A DNA stretch of 56,497 bases, filler included, from Circinaria calcarea (GCA_051942165.1; 3 parts of 3 records of this genome joined end to end with filler, not necessarily neighbours in it), one strand, 5' to 3'. Counted from the whole stretch's first letter, positions 13,142 through 25,500 are shown. Numbers and translations are program-made. The notes: generated by a model from the sequence alone, not told the origin.

Positions 13142-14312
13142 TCAAATATCCTGCTGGACTGCCGGCACGCCATCCCGCCGATCGAGCGCCCTCCACCTCG
13201 ACTCATCCGCTCCGCTCCCCGTGCCTGTGTGAGCACTAGCACCGGTATGGTTCGCCTGGGTCGTTTTAACACCGGTCGAAGTCGATGTGTCAGCTTCCTT
13301 GGCCGGGGCGACTCTCTTCGCCGGCGCAGCGGCTCTGATCTCGGCAAGCTGCTCGGGGGTTTTCGCCGCCAATTGGCCACGAGGGCTCTCGGTGAGCTTG
13401 ATCAGTTCGCGGAGCATCAGGTCGCGGGTGTAGCGGGTGAGGTCATCGACGTCTTCGGCGGTCAGGTTGTGGGTTGGGATGGGGGGCAGGACTGTTGACG
13501 TGGTTAGGTTAGCTAGATCGTCTGGGAGTTTGGCGGAGTGGTTTGTGGGTGTGCAAGTGAGAGGATATCTGCTGGGTGCTGGTGTATAGCCTGCCTTTCA
13601 CCGGTATCCTCCCTGCTCTAAACCTTCCTTCCCTCGCCCCCAGAATTCCCCAGTAACAGGCCGCGATAACGGGTACGATGGGCACCCCGGCCTGAATTGC
13701 CAAATGAAATGCCCCCTTTTTGAACCCCAGTAGCCTCGGCTCCTCGGCATTACTTCTCGTTCCCTCCGGGAATATAAACACGCTCTGCCTCTCCCTCTTC
13801 ATCTCCTCCGCCGCGCCCGCAAACGCCTTCAGCGCCGAGGTCCGACTCGTCCGGTCAATAAACACCGTGCCGGAAAGCGCCATGAACCACCCTAGGAACG
13901 GCACCCGCGCCAGACTCTTTTTCGCCGTGACAGAACAATATGGCGGGAAGATCTCGCCCAGCAGGAGCACATCCAGCGCCGTCTGGTGGTTCCCGACAAA
14001 TACCGCCGGCCGCGTGGAGAGGTGCTGCCGGCCCTGGACGATTTCGAAGCGCACGCCGGTGGCGAGGGCCATTGTATGCCTGAAGGCGCGGGCCGTGGCC
14101 CATTGGGAAACTCGATGGCGGCTGAATAGGCGGAGGATGAGGGAGGCGATGACGCCGTAGGTCGCGCAGACAAGGAGGCAGGCGTAGGAGGCTAGGAGGC
14201 GGGCGTAGAAGGAGGCCATTTGGTTACCGAGATAGGACATGCTGAAGAGGGAGGTGACGAGGCCGAGAAAGAGGGAAAGCAATTTAAGGAGGAGGGAGAG
14301 GATGGTGGCCAT
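13142..14312 (-). CDS. SLC1: 1-acyl-sn-glycerol-3-phosphate acyltransferase (LPAAT)
   Basis: Acyltransferase blocks NHQTALD (NHX4D), VFIDR and FPEGTRS. Intron 13492-13594 (GC donor) joins GRIPVK to VLPPIPTHNLTAEDVDDL. The start ATG at 14312 is inferred (alternatives at 14408, 14240 and 14219). Confidence 0.92.
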
Positions 14313-15068
14313 GATAGAGAAGGAGATTAAGAGGTAGGGGCTTGAACTGCCGGCTTCGGGTTGTAGGGAATCGGACTCGCAGAGGGAATGAATGGATGGT
14401 ACGAACATGTAGAACTGTACCCTACCGCAGTATCATAGTGCAAAATTTAGTGAATGGATTGTCTCGTAAGTGATATATCGACGTAGGGTCAATACAATGG
14501 TCACACCCGTCTGTGGTCTACTTGTATTCGACACCGATTAGGCTTGTGACCCTAATCGAGCGCTAATATGCAGCAGGCCTGGTCGCGTGAAGAGTCAAAC
14601 AATAAATTTACCCCGATTGTACCATCTACATCGACCCGCTCTGATTGGAAAACCATGTCCATAGCCGGTAGATATATGCTGCAGAGGAAAGCATTGGTCG
14701 TGCACGATATTGAAATAGTACATGTTCAACGGTATGGACGGAGCGAATCGAATGGGTGCTATTTGACGAAGAACAGATCATAAACACAAGGGCAGCCCTG
14801 CCTAAACACTCCAAAACCGATGCTACCGAACCAAAGACCGGTTTCCCGTTTTGTACCCAACGCCATGCTAAGTACGCTCGAGATCATTCTACTTCACGTA
14901 TGCAAACGGGCCCTTCCGAACCAAAGCCCTCAAACATCAACGCGAACGCCGAGCAATGCACTATGACGGGCCGCAAGCCAGTGGAGCAATCCAACCGGCG
15001 ATGAGCTTGGATATCCCAAGGCCCTGTAACACCCTTTGCACATTGGGCCATTCGAGCTTGCGAGGAGT

Positions 15069-17617
15069 TCACTGGACCATCTGTCCTTCGTCATCATCTC
15101 CCTCTTCCATCTGCTCCATGGCCTCTTTAATCGCTTGCGAAGCCTTCTCACAACGTTAGCATAGCTTCAAATCCGAATCGCCATGTTGCGTACCTTAGGA
15201 TCCAAGTTCAGTGCTGTGGTGAAATGCTTGATCGCATTTGCCTTCTGCCTTAAGAGCTTGTACACCCTCCCGAGCGAAAAATGAACGCCTGGATCATCGG
15301 GCGCAATGTCCTTGAGTATCTTTAGCTCTGCCAGTGCCAAGTTGGGTTCTTGGAGCGCCAGGAGGACCTTGGCCTTTCTGGAACGAGCCAGAAACTGCTT
15401 GGGAGCCAACTCACAGGCCTTGTTGTACTGCAGCAAGGCGGCCTTGGGATTCTTCATTTTCTCCAGGACCCCGCCGACGTGACTCAGAAGCACTGGGTTG
15501 GTGGGATTGATTCTTGCCGCGGTCCTGTAATGCTGCTCTGCCACGTCGTATTTGCCTTGATGCTCGAAGACTTTGCCGAGGCCGTACCATGCGCCGTAGT
15601 ATCGACTTTCCGTAGCAAGACTGCTTCGGAACGCAGCTATGGCTTTATCGTGTTCATCGTTCTCGAGGTGCTCATGTCCTTGAAGGGCAAATGCATAGGT
15701 AAACTTTGGGTCTAGCTGTGTTGCCCGCTTGAAGCATTTCACGGCTTGGTCGCGATCCCTTGATAAGGAAAACGAATTACCAATAGCGCACCAAGCTTGG
15801 GGTGAGAGCCGGTCAATGTCACTGATCTCATGTGCAAGGTATGCTAATTCGACTTCACTTTTCAGATGCCAGAGTGTCGTGGAGTAGACCTCCATGTCCT
15901 CAACTCGCGATGGTGCCATGGCTTTTACCCGAGCAAAGTACTTTGCAGCCTCCGCATACGAATGCTCCTCGTATAGTGCGCGACCAATGCTGGCAAGTAT
16001 GCAGGGCGTTTCTCTTTGGCTTGGAGTGATGGAGTTAAATATTTGTATCGCCTCTTGGCATCGGTAATGGCTAAGGGCAAAGTAACCACTGCCAAGTTTC
16101 ATGAACAGATCTAAAAGCCACTGAAGCCCCTCAAACTCCTTCACCTTCTCGTTTGCTGCAGGCTTAGGCTGCGATGTCAACACCCCGCTCGTATTCGTGG
16201 GGCGGACTTCCTTCCTGTCAATGTCCATGGGATCTCCATGCTTTCGATTGCCGCTCACGACACGACCAACTGTTGAGCCATTTGTGCTTCGTCCCTTTGT
16301 TCCTGTGGCTTTTGCCTTTTTCAGTTCTCGTCCATCCCGGGTAGCAACGGCACTTGAAGAGCTAGAGAACTTGGTACTCTGTGGTCTGATTTGATTGAAT
16401 AGCCTGGCGCTACGTCTCTGAGGTGCCGTAGGATCATTTGAGCTGGCCGATAATTGGAGCGCCGCCATATTAGGAGCGGCCTGTGACACATGTCCGGATA
16501 CAGTTCGTTTTCGATCCCCGATGCCAGTGTTTGTAGCGGCCGATATCTTGATGTCCGGGTGATCTGCTTCTTCCGACTGGGTCTGGCTCTTCGACTTCGA
16601 CCTCCACGAACTAGTCTTCATCCGAGGAGGCGCATCTATCCCGAAGTCCATACCAAGTCCATATAGCGTCCGAGGCTTCCTCATCGGAGCTAGGGGAGGC
16701 TCTGCAGCAGCCATTTGTTCAGAGGTTCTCAAGGAGTTATCCCTGTCATAGACAACCTCTGCGGTGATGCCGCCTCCAGCACTAATTGGAGTATCCGTCC
16801 CTTCGAAACCATGTCCTCCCCCGCCGCCTATCGGTGTAACAGTGCTCCTGCTACCATTGAGCTTCTCGAAAAGCGCAGATTTGCTCGCATTGATGCGGCT
16901 ATCTCCGTTAAGACGATTGGTAGATATGCTGAATGGGTCATTGCTCGCATTTGGCTGGGAGGTAGCTGTTTGCTGACTAAAGGAGGTATTGGAGGACGGA
17001 GAATCTTCAAGCACTCCTAATGGTGTTTCTTCGCTAGAGCCAGCTGCCAGACCATTCATCATCTCTGGGGTCATCTTGAAGATGTTTGGAAGTCGGACAT
17101 TGACCCCCAGATCACAGAGACCTAAAAAGGCATCCCACATGAACGGATTAAGCTTGAGAGCCTCCGCGTAACAATAAATTGCTTGAGTCGTGTCCTTGTG
17201 CGCTTGCGATAGTTTTCCCAACAGGCAGTAAACAGCAGCGGCATCCGGCAGATGCTGTCTCCGTGTATCTGTGTGTTTATTCCAATTGTTCCTCACCCCC
17301 CATAGGCCTTTACTTCGTTCCAGTGCGTGGATACCCTCTAGGTATTTTTCCAAAGCCAAACATGTTTGTGCAAAGATGTAGGAGCACCCAAGGTGGGTTC
17401 CTTTCGAGCCTGGTATCTTGCAGCTGTCGTAGGCAGCTTTAAACTGGCCTAATCGGAAATGACAGAGAGCTTGTAGATAGGCTGCTTCTGGCAATTTTGA
17501 TTCGCAAGCGGAAAGACGGCCTGCAAGAAAAAGGGCATTGCGTAGTAGGTTGCAGTCCAGGTTGTAGTAGATGAGCTGCCGAAGTTGACTGGCGATGTGG
17601 TTGGCCGTCTGTGGCAT
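15069..17617 (-). CDS. CDC27: Anaphase-promoting complex TPR subunit Cdc27/Nuc2/BimA
   Basis: N-terminal LRQLIYYNLDCNLLRNALFLAGRL; TPR motifs MEVYSTTLWHLK, SPQAWCAIGNSFSL and AIKHFTTALNLDPK. A last short intron (about 15143-15193) leads to ASQAIKEAMEQMEEGDDDEGQMVQ*. Confidence 0.95.
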
Positions 17618-18239
17618 ATCTGTGGGCTAGTCACGGCTGACCGGCTGACACTGCTGAGGATGTTTTGGAACGAGTGAGAATCATAAGACTAAGGCGAGTT
17701 GACTGTAAGTTGACTGATGATAGTTTGTGTAAAAAAGGGTGCATCCACGTGAAGCTCCTGGCCGAAGGCCGTCGCGGTCTATGCACACATGCAGGTAATA
17801 CCGAGATCTCTTTATGTTCCCATTACCTTAGTTGTAAGGTTTCTCAACACTCGTCACTTCCCTCTTTGTTCCAGAAACCCCACTATCGAATTATGGTATT
17901 GGGCAGGATTGGCTAAATTTCCAGCAGCAGTGATGAAACTCCGAGATCGTGGCCCAAGTAGATGAGAAATGAGGTTGTATTCACCTGAGGAGCTTCCGCC
18001 GGCGCCGGAGAGAGCATCGAGTAGAGTGAGGTTCCAAAAGTCACTTGGAAGGTGCCCGTGATGTTTTGGTAAAGATCCCACTCGGAGCGCCAAGGATGAT
18101 GCTGGTTGGTCGCCTGTTTCGCGAAGTGGTCCGTGCACGGCTTCTCCGGCGCTTCAAGATTGCGGACCGATGCAGTTTAAGATCTGTGAAGTAGGCATCA
18201 AATCAACATAGATCTCACCTTGCGTTGAAGTGAGGGAAG

Positions 18240-18777
18240 ATGGCTCAGGTGAGCGTGTTACTGTCTGGGGGAACTCTAAGAATGCTGAAACGTCTTGCAG
18301 AAAGCCGCGAAGCAGCAAGCCGCCCGCAATAGCGCAATCCTTAAACGCACTCACCTGATATCCTTAGGCATCAACCTTCTCTTCATGTTTTCCCGCTTCC
18401 TCATATTCCACTCTTCTTGCACGCGAACAACTTACCTTCCATACCTCGCTCTCGCTCTCCCTGCGTTTGTTCTTGAGTTCTGGCTCGAGAAAATTGGTCG
18501 GCCAGCCTATGGCCCAAAGGGCGACCTTCAGAAATCAGGCGAAGACCTCGAAGCCAAAGGGTTGACCGAGTACATGTTCGATGTTCTATATTGGTCTTGG
18601 GGAACAATGTTTGCGGCAAGCTTCTTTGGTGATAAGGCTTGGTGGATGTCGATAGCTATCCCAATGTACTCAGCGTGGTTAGCCTACAGCACTTTGAGTG
18701 GCATGAGGCAAGGTATGGCAGGGCTGGCGGGACAGAGTGAAGCCGGCAATTCCGCCAACGGCGATAGTATGAGCAAC
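18240..18777 (+). CDS. SND2: TMEM208/SND2-like ER membrane protein (DUF788); 3' end lost in the gap
   Basis: ATG GCT CAG, then intron 18249-18300, then KAAKQQAARNSAILKR...GEDLEAKGLTEYMFDVLYWSW. The frame runs into the N gap. Confidence 0.85.
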
Positions 18778-18877
18778 NNNNNNNNNNNNNNNNNNNNNNN
18801 NNNNNNNNNNNNNNNNNNNNNTTAATTAATTAANNNNNNNNNNNNNNNNNNNNNNNNNNNNNNNNNNNNNNNNNNNN
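18778..18877. other. Scaffold gap: 100 nt of N with an artificial six-frame stop linker TTAATTAATTAA (18822-18833)
   Basis: Directly visible; an identical construct occurs at 37654-37753. Confidence 0.97.
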
Positions 18878-19299
18878 GCGCGCGAGGCCGCGGACGGGGG
18901 AGGGGGTGGGTTTTGTGGAGGAGACTGGAGGCACTTCAAGGATACAAACGGCCGCGCTGTTGGACGCACCGCTGCCGCGGAGGATGGCGTCGCGGCCGGT
19001 GGATTGAATGGCGGCGAGGAGGAGGGAGGGCGGAGCCGTGCCGGTGATGGTGAGGGTTTGGGCGGGTAGGTATGGGGTGAGGGTATGGATTCCTGTAGGT
19101 AGTGCCGTTAGCGGGGGTTCTCAAGGGTTGGTCGCGAGCGATAGGGGGGTTCAAGGACGAGGCGGGAGGAGATGTTACCGGAAACGTCCTGAAGGGCGCG
19201 GGTTACAGAGGTGATGCAGGCTTCGCAGTGGAGGGGAAGGGCGAAGGTGGTTTGGAAGGGGGGAATGGTGTAAGATGAGGTGGAGGTTGGTGCTGGCAT
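18878..19299 (-). CDS. CCS1: Copper chaperone for superoxide dismutase; 3' part lost in the gap
   Basis: PFQTTFALPLHCEACITSV (HMA-type CXXC), one intron (about 19095-19178), then GTAPPSLLLAAIQSTGRDAILRGSGASNSAAVCILE...PVRGLAR, the characteristic CCS1/Lys7 domain I-II linker. Confidence 0.9.
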
Positions 19300-19710
19300 G
19301 GTGGGAGGGGGCGTTTACGGTGGGATATGCGTAGATATAAGGGGTTTGTACGTATGAATATACTGGAAGGGTTTTGGTTTAATTAACAGGAGCATGTTTG
19401 ATGGGTGATTATTTTGGGGAGGGGGGAGTTTTTTTTTGGAGATTTGCGGATTTCAAAGCGGGCGGGAATCCTTGTCGGGAGTCGGGGACGAGAGCCGATG
19501 AGCTTTCGATTTGGGAGCATTGAAGATTCGTATTCCACGATTTCCACTTCCCATTTATACATAGTCTGCGCTCAAACACCGTCTTCTCAGGCACCGGCCT
19601 GGTCGATAACTTGACACGTGCATCTGCACCCAGTCGCACAATCCAACCTCACCTTCCGCACATTCGATGCCCCGGTGATAAAAAAGCTAGACCTTTTTAT
19701 TTACTTAAAA

Positions 19711-20414
19711 ATGTCCCAAACCATCGGCCATGTATGCTCTATCCTTCCCTATCCCATCTCAATCCCCCCTCCCACTCCTACTCCTACCAACATCACTAAC
19801 CCTCCTCCTTCCCTCCTTCCTCTCCCAGACCCGCCTCGCCTACGCCAGAACCTGGCACCACGTCTCCCTCTCCTCGCCGCACACGCCCCCGCTCGGCCGC
19901 CTCGCCTCGCGCATCGCCCTCATCCTCATGGGCAAGCACAAGCCCATCTGGGACCCGTCCACCGACTGCGGCGACTACGTCGTCGCCACCGGCTGCACGG
20001 ACCTGCACGTGACGGGCAAGAAGCGGCAGCAAAAAAAGTACTACAGACACTCGACGCGTCCGGGCAGTCTGCAGGAGATTAACCTCGAGGGCTTGATGCG
20101 CAAGTGGGGGGGGGGCGAGGTGCTGCGGAAGGCGGTCAGGGGCATGTTGCCGAAGAATCGGTTGCGGGATAAGCGGTTGGAGAGATTGAAGGGTGAGTTT
20201 TTCCGGTGGTTTTCTAAAATAAAAAATTTGGGTGTGGAAGGGGGGGGAATGGGAAGCGGGAATAAGAAAAGAGAGAGAGCTAATGCTTGGAGGTTTAGTC
20301 TTTGAAGGGGCGGCTCATCCGTACAAGGAAAATCTGCTCAAGGTAGATGGGAGGACACGGATCGTAGATATGCCGGAGGTGAAAACAGAATTGATCAAGG
20401 CAAAGTCAATATAG
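19711..20414 (+). CDS. MRPL23: Mitochondrial ribosomal protein uL13m
   Basis: MSQTIGH / TRLAYARTWHH, LGRLASRIALILMGKHKPIWDPSTDCGDYVV and AVRGMLPKNRLR. Introns 19732-19828 and 20193-20298. Confidence 0.95.
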
Positions 20415-20640
20415 CATAGACATAGGCAACGGATGCATGGCAACGGCGTTGCGGAATACAAGCAGTATGTACAATATCAACATGTATTGAGATTGGACAT
20501 GTGCATTTATCTTCTATGTACTCCATTGCCGGGAACCTCAAGCAGAGAAATTCCACGTTTCACCACAAAGCCGTTCTATGGCCCTGTGCTAGCCCTACCC
20601 TAATTGCATAACTTCAAGGAATCTAGTTCTGCTTCGAAGC

Positions 20641-21636
20641 TTACTTCCCGTCTCTCTTGACTGTGCATTGGATCAAGCCGTTGGGGCTGGACTGTGGTGC
20701 ATAGACCTCTGCATCTTTTCCGGTATTCTCCAGCCCCTTGTGCCAACTCAGGTCTATTGCAGATGTCAGTGCTCTGCCTTTGCAGGATATTTCATGATAC
20801 CTACCAATCTCAAAGTAATGCTTGTTCGGTAGAGAATAGTCCACAGCATCAACACCCGTCTCCGCGGCCAATATTTGCTCGCACATTTGATACATGGTGT
20901 TCTGCACACTGGCACTGTTATCATTGGCAAAGGTCTTGAGGGTAATCTCCCGGGCTGTGTTCCAGGTATCGTCAAACTTGGAGCCGACTTCCTCTACTGC
21001 ATGCAAAGTGCTGAAGGTCTCCCAAGTCCAACCACAGTCGACGTCAGTGCTCAGTATTCGATCGTTGGTTTCTTGCAAGATGGTAAACTCATCCTGAATG
21101 AATCCGTGGAACGCAGAGCCGGTACTTTTGAGAACCAACAGACCGACGATTGCAGACCGGACCGAAATCCCCTGTCCTTCCTTGGAAGTAGCTTCGGCAT
21201 TGCGCGTCTCGGAACCATCCCTCAGGAATGAGTGCGGGTGGGGTTCACCATCTATCGTCATTCGAGTCCAGCGGTGGGTTATTACTTTGACTTTGGCGGT
21301 ATGTACATGTTTATACGTATCCGTAAAATGGGCTGCCAGGATGGAAGCAAAGAGCTCCGGTGGGTTGACTGGATGCTGTTTTGCCATGATATAGGTCGTC
21401 TGCTTCATTGTATCTGTGGGGACCACAACACTGTTGTCGGCCTGGGTATATCTAAAAATCGTTGGTAGTTTGCTCTGTGACTCCATCGCGCTTGCTTACG
21501 ACGTTTCAATCTCACCGTCAAGGAGGACGCAGACTGTCATTTCAGTTACAGACTGCAAGCCTGTCTTTTCGTCCCTGTGGACTTTGTAAACTCGGATGTT
21601 GTCTTTGCCATATTGGCAAGCAGCAAGTTGTGGCAT
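20641..21636 (-). CDS. uaZ: Uricase (urate oxidase)
   Basis: MPQLAACQYGKDNIRVYKV, YTQADNSVVVPTDTMKQT, VLKSTGSAFHGF, SASVQNTMY, PNKHYF and PNGLIQCTV. Introns at about 21451-21499 and 20754-20804. Confidence 0.96.
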
Positions 21637-21766
21637 AATGAACTAGAAAGTGCAGGTAAGGCAAAATGACTCAACTTGGACACGATGGAACTAGAACAAT
21701 AAGTATGAGGTGAAAGCAATGCTCTATACTATCAAGACTCATGCGCAATGGCAGTGTTTGAGGGGG

Positions 21767-22094
21767 AGATAGCGAGCAGTCTTTATCTGGTTGCTCTACA
21801 CAGCACTCACGGCGCTCTCCGCCATCTTCGGGCTTTTGGCTCCGATCTCCTAGTATGGATCTGCTAGCCACCTGATAAGCTAGGCAGGTGAGTGGAAAGT
21901 GGAAAGAGAGATCTCCGGCTCAACTCCTTGTGGCGGGTTCCGCACGCCCCCCCCAACTTGAGGTTTTGCAGTATGTGTCTAGCCTGATGTGCTGCTTGTG
22001 GGGTGATTGGAAGTAAATCAAACAGAGTGGAAGGGTTTCCCCACCACAGAAATAAGTATGGGATTCTCGATCTCAGCCCTGCGGCAAGGTCCGA
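21767..22094. promoter_or_regulatory. Candidate uricase upstream regulatory region: three HGATAR (AreA/NIT2-type) sites and one CGG-N6-CCG (UaY/PPR1-type) site
   Basis: AGATAG 21767-21772, TTATCT 21783-21788, TGATAA 21873-21878 and GCGG-CAAGGT-CCGA 22081-22094, all 130-460 nt upstream of the uricase ATG. Confidence 0.5.
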
Positions 22095-22576
22095 ACCCCC
22101 CTAGCCTCCTAGCGTGCACTTAATGTCGATCACCCGAACCTTCCGGGGTCGGCGGGTTACGTTTGGGTACCCACGGACCTTACTTGCTGAACGGGTGCGC
22201 GATCCAGGGAGTATTCCTCTTCAGACATCTCAATGCTCAGTGTTGTCGTATTGGAGTTCTTGAAGCATCCCTAGTTTGACTATCTTCGATGAGCTGGAAA
22301 AGAGCTGGTGCCGAAGTATGCGCGCTGTCGAAGCATGATAAGAATAGTGAATACTTGCTAGGTACCAGTCAACGCCAGGCCATATGCGAAGTGCATTTAC
22401 TCATGATATGTACCTTTGGACTAATGACAGAGGCCTCTCTGCCGTACTGCAGCTGTGAAGGGAGATAAGTGGATGCATTTGTCGCTGCTGGAGAATGAAT
22501 CCTGTTGCCCAGGCCCCGTGACGCCGATGCTACATCCTTACGACGGAGGTTGATCGCGGATTGAGGGGGGATTCTT

Positions 22577-25500
22577 ATGGCTTCTTCCACCGGCCCAGGA
22601 GTAACTGAGGACCTTACGGCGAGAGGACCTCTGAAAAGCGAGCATATCTCACAAGGTGGCGAAGGGATCCACGATGAAAAGGACGCTTTACTCCCTTATG
22701 GTAAGGCTGGGAACGACATTCGGTCTCTGTCAAACAAGAGTGTTATCTTTGGCCCACGAAATGCTTCCCTCGCCAACCTGAATGCACCGCCCGGGAGCTT
22801 CAGTACCAATCTCAAGACCCTGAATGTTGCCCCATACCAAAGCTCAAGGCCAGCGCTCGGTGGCTATCCTAGTAGGGACGGTGAACATTCGACCAGCCAT
22901 AAGACCTCGGAACAACGTCAAGCTGATATCAGAGACAAGATTAACAAGGAGCTCAAAATCAAGGTCGGCTCTGAGAACTTACTCGAAGCGCTGCCCGCGA
23001 AAAATGCGAAACAGACGAAAGACCAAAGGTTACGAGTGGAATTAGAGCTCAGTTCCACGAATCGTAAAATCGCAGAGCTGAAATCCCAACTCGAAGACGA
23101 AATCGAACAATCCAAGCGGCCCACCACACCAAATCAGGGCCGTTTGTCCTCTTCATTTCGCGGAAGCCCGTTACGTTCGCCTTCCCGGGTGGAATATGAG
23201 AGCGACCCCGAACAGCTTGAGGCTGATTTGGAATCGGAATCGCCAACGTACGTTCTGGCGGAAATTCTCCAATCCTTGGAGGTGGAATCAATGCAGCCTA
23301 GTTACTACGTTGAAAGAGCCAACAGTCTGGTCGAGCTCTTCAAGCGATATCCTACCCTCAAGTATGACCTTGTATGGTCAATTTTTGGCATCCGCATGCA
23401 GACGATGATGTTGAGCGAGAGTCGAGAAGTTGTGGCGGCTGGCTACCGAGTGACCAGACATGCTATAGCGGACCGAAAATCACTTCAGACCATCCGTGGA
23501 TTGCACACCGATTCGATGGTAGTTTTATCTCTTATCAAAGAAGGTAAGGCTAGTATCGAGCGTGAACAGGCTCTGAAATTTGTTCGTGCATTCCTAAACG
23601 TGAAGGACGGGGTTCAGGAGTTATCAAAAGCAGTCTTGCGAACTATCGTGTCAATCGCAGAACACCACGAAGATCGATTGCGGAACATTGCCATATTGAC
23701 ATTGGCCGAGATGATGATCAAGGATCCAGTGCTGGTCGCTGCTGCTGGAGGTATTACTCCCTTATTTGACGCGCTAGGAGAAGGTACTTACCATGGGTCG
23801 GAGAGCCTTACTTCAACCATCTTATATACGATGGATTCACCTCGATCCCGCAAGGCGCTCAACTCTGGACAGGAGCTCGAAGCCGCTTTTGGGCTCTTTA
23901 CAGATCCTCTGGCTGCGCACGGGCATGAGGAAAGGTTGAAGGTGAACGTTAGATCCATAGCCACAATGATAAATTCCTGGCCTGGTCTATTTACCTTAGC
24001 AAAGAATGGGTTTGCTACCCTACGGTCACTGCTTTTGTCGCTCAGCCATCCTACCAGTTCTGCGAGGGACCTGGTACTTGATCTCTTGTTCGACGTTCTA
24101 CGTATCAAACCTCCTTCATGGACTTCGTCCTTTTTAGCTGGACGCAGACTCACAACATATGGGCGAGTTGCCAATCTAAGGACTGATCGACTGGAAAAGG
24201 AATCGCGGATTGAGGCCGAGGGAAATTCCGGTCGTGTAAACCTTGTCGATCATTACAAGACCCTGACCTTAGCTGTTCTCATTCGCTGTGGACTTCTGAA
24301 AGTATGTATATGGGCTACAACAACCAAAGACATATCTAAACATCTTTGTAGGCTTTATCAAATCTAGCTGCGGAAGCGTCTGAAATACCGTTGAAACGAA
24401 AGACAGCCTTACTCCTTGGCGAAGTGTTGAAGCTGGCCGATTACTCTCTTCCCCCTTCGATGAGTGTTGATTTGCAAACTCTCCCTGCATTGATGGATTT
24501 AGCCTTCCAAGAGGACGATGAAGAGTATCCGGTAGCGGTAAACATGGTCTATCAAATCGACAGTGTTATTCGTACGTTACAGAAGTCTTCCACGTCGGCG
24601 AAGAATGTCACGCCTTCCCCGGCAACTGGTCTGGACACAAATGGTCTTTCAAAAACGACGGATCCCGGAAGAGCCAGAGTTGACATGGACGAGATACAAT
24701 TTAGATCACTATTGGTAGAGACACAGGTTACTAGCACGGTCAACTATCTTAAGTGGAGATGGGATATTATCATCGATATTATCGAAGGACCGCTAGTAAA
24801 CCCGAGGCGTCTAGAGGACGCGATAAAGGGGACTAAGTTTCTCAAGAGGCTTATAGCTTTCTATCGCCCTTTCAAGTACAGATTCTCGGATGCTAGGAAT
24901 ACCAAGGCCAACCAGCGTTACGTACGCATCGGCTGCGCTTTACTGAAGAGCCTTCTGCAAACCCCTGAAGGTGTACAATATCTTTCAGAAAGTAAATTAT
25001 TGCGCCAACTTGCTGAATGCTTAGCCCAACTAGATAGGGTAGGTTTCCTCACTGGGTGATGTGTGACCACATACTAGTAGAGGAATCACTCAAACCCCTT
25101 TTTATAGGATCTCCAAGAATAGATGCTAATACAGTCTTTTTAGATGAGTGGCTTGATCTCTACAGCTCCTCTTTTCGCCCCAGATCGCATATCCGAGACA
25201 TTGAGTGGGGGATACTTTACCATGCTCGGAGCTTTGAGTAGCGATCCTCAAGGTTTAGTCATGATCGGACGTTGGAGGATGGTTAACATGTTTTACCGTA
25301 TTATTGACCTGAAGGACCGAGATGATTTGATACGACTTTTATTAGGCAATATGGATTTCTCTCTGTACATCATACAGCCCATCAACAGTTACATTGCTAA
25401 ACTTAGGACAGGGATAGTCATTTGCAAGTTATGCTGTCAAAAGCTCTCACCACATGCTCAAAGGTAAATAATCCATTCGCATATTAAATATCAGTGCTCA

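Noticed and set aside
12876..13498. Plus-strand ORFs of 118-198 aa overlapping the SLC1 3' end
   Set aside because: Antisense shadow frames in GC-rich sequence with no recognisable motifs.
18822..18833. TTAATTAATTAA island inside N runs (also at about 37698-37709)
   Set aside because: Identical, centred in 100-nt gaps and encoding stops in all six frames: an assembly or concatenation linker, not biology.
19240..19260. CCS1 metal motif LHCEAC instead of MXCXXC
   Set aside because: Both cysteines are intact and this position varies among fungal CCS1 proteins, so it is not evidence of novelty.
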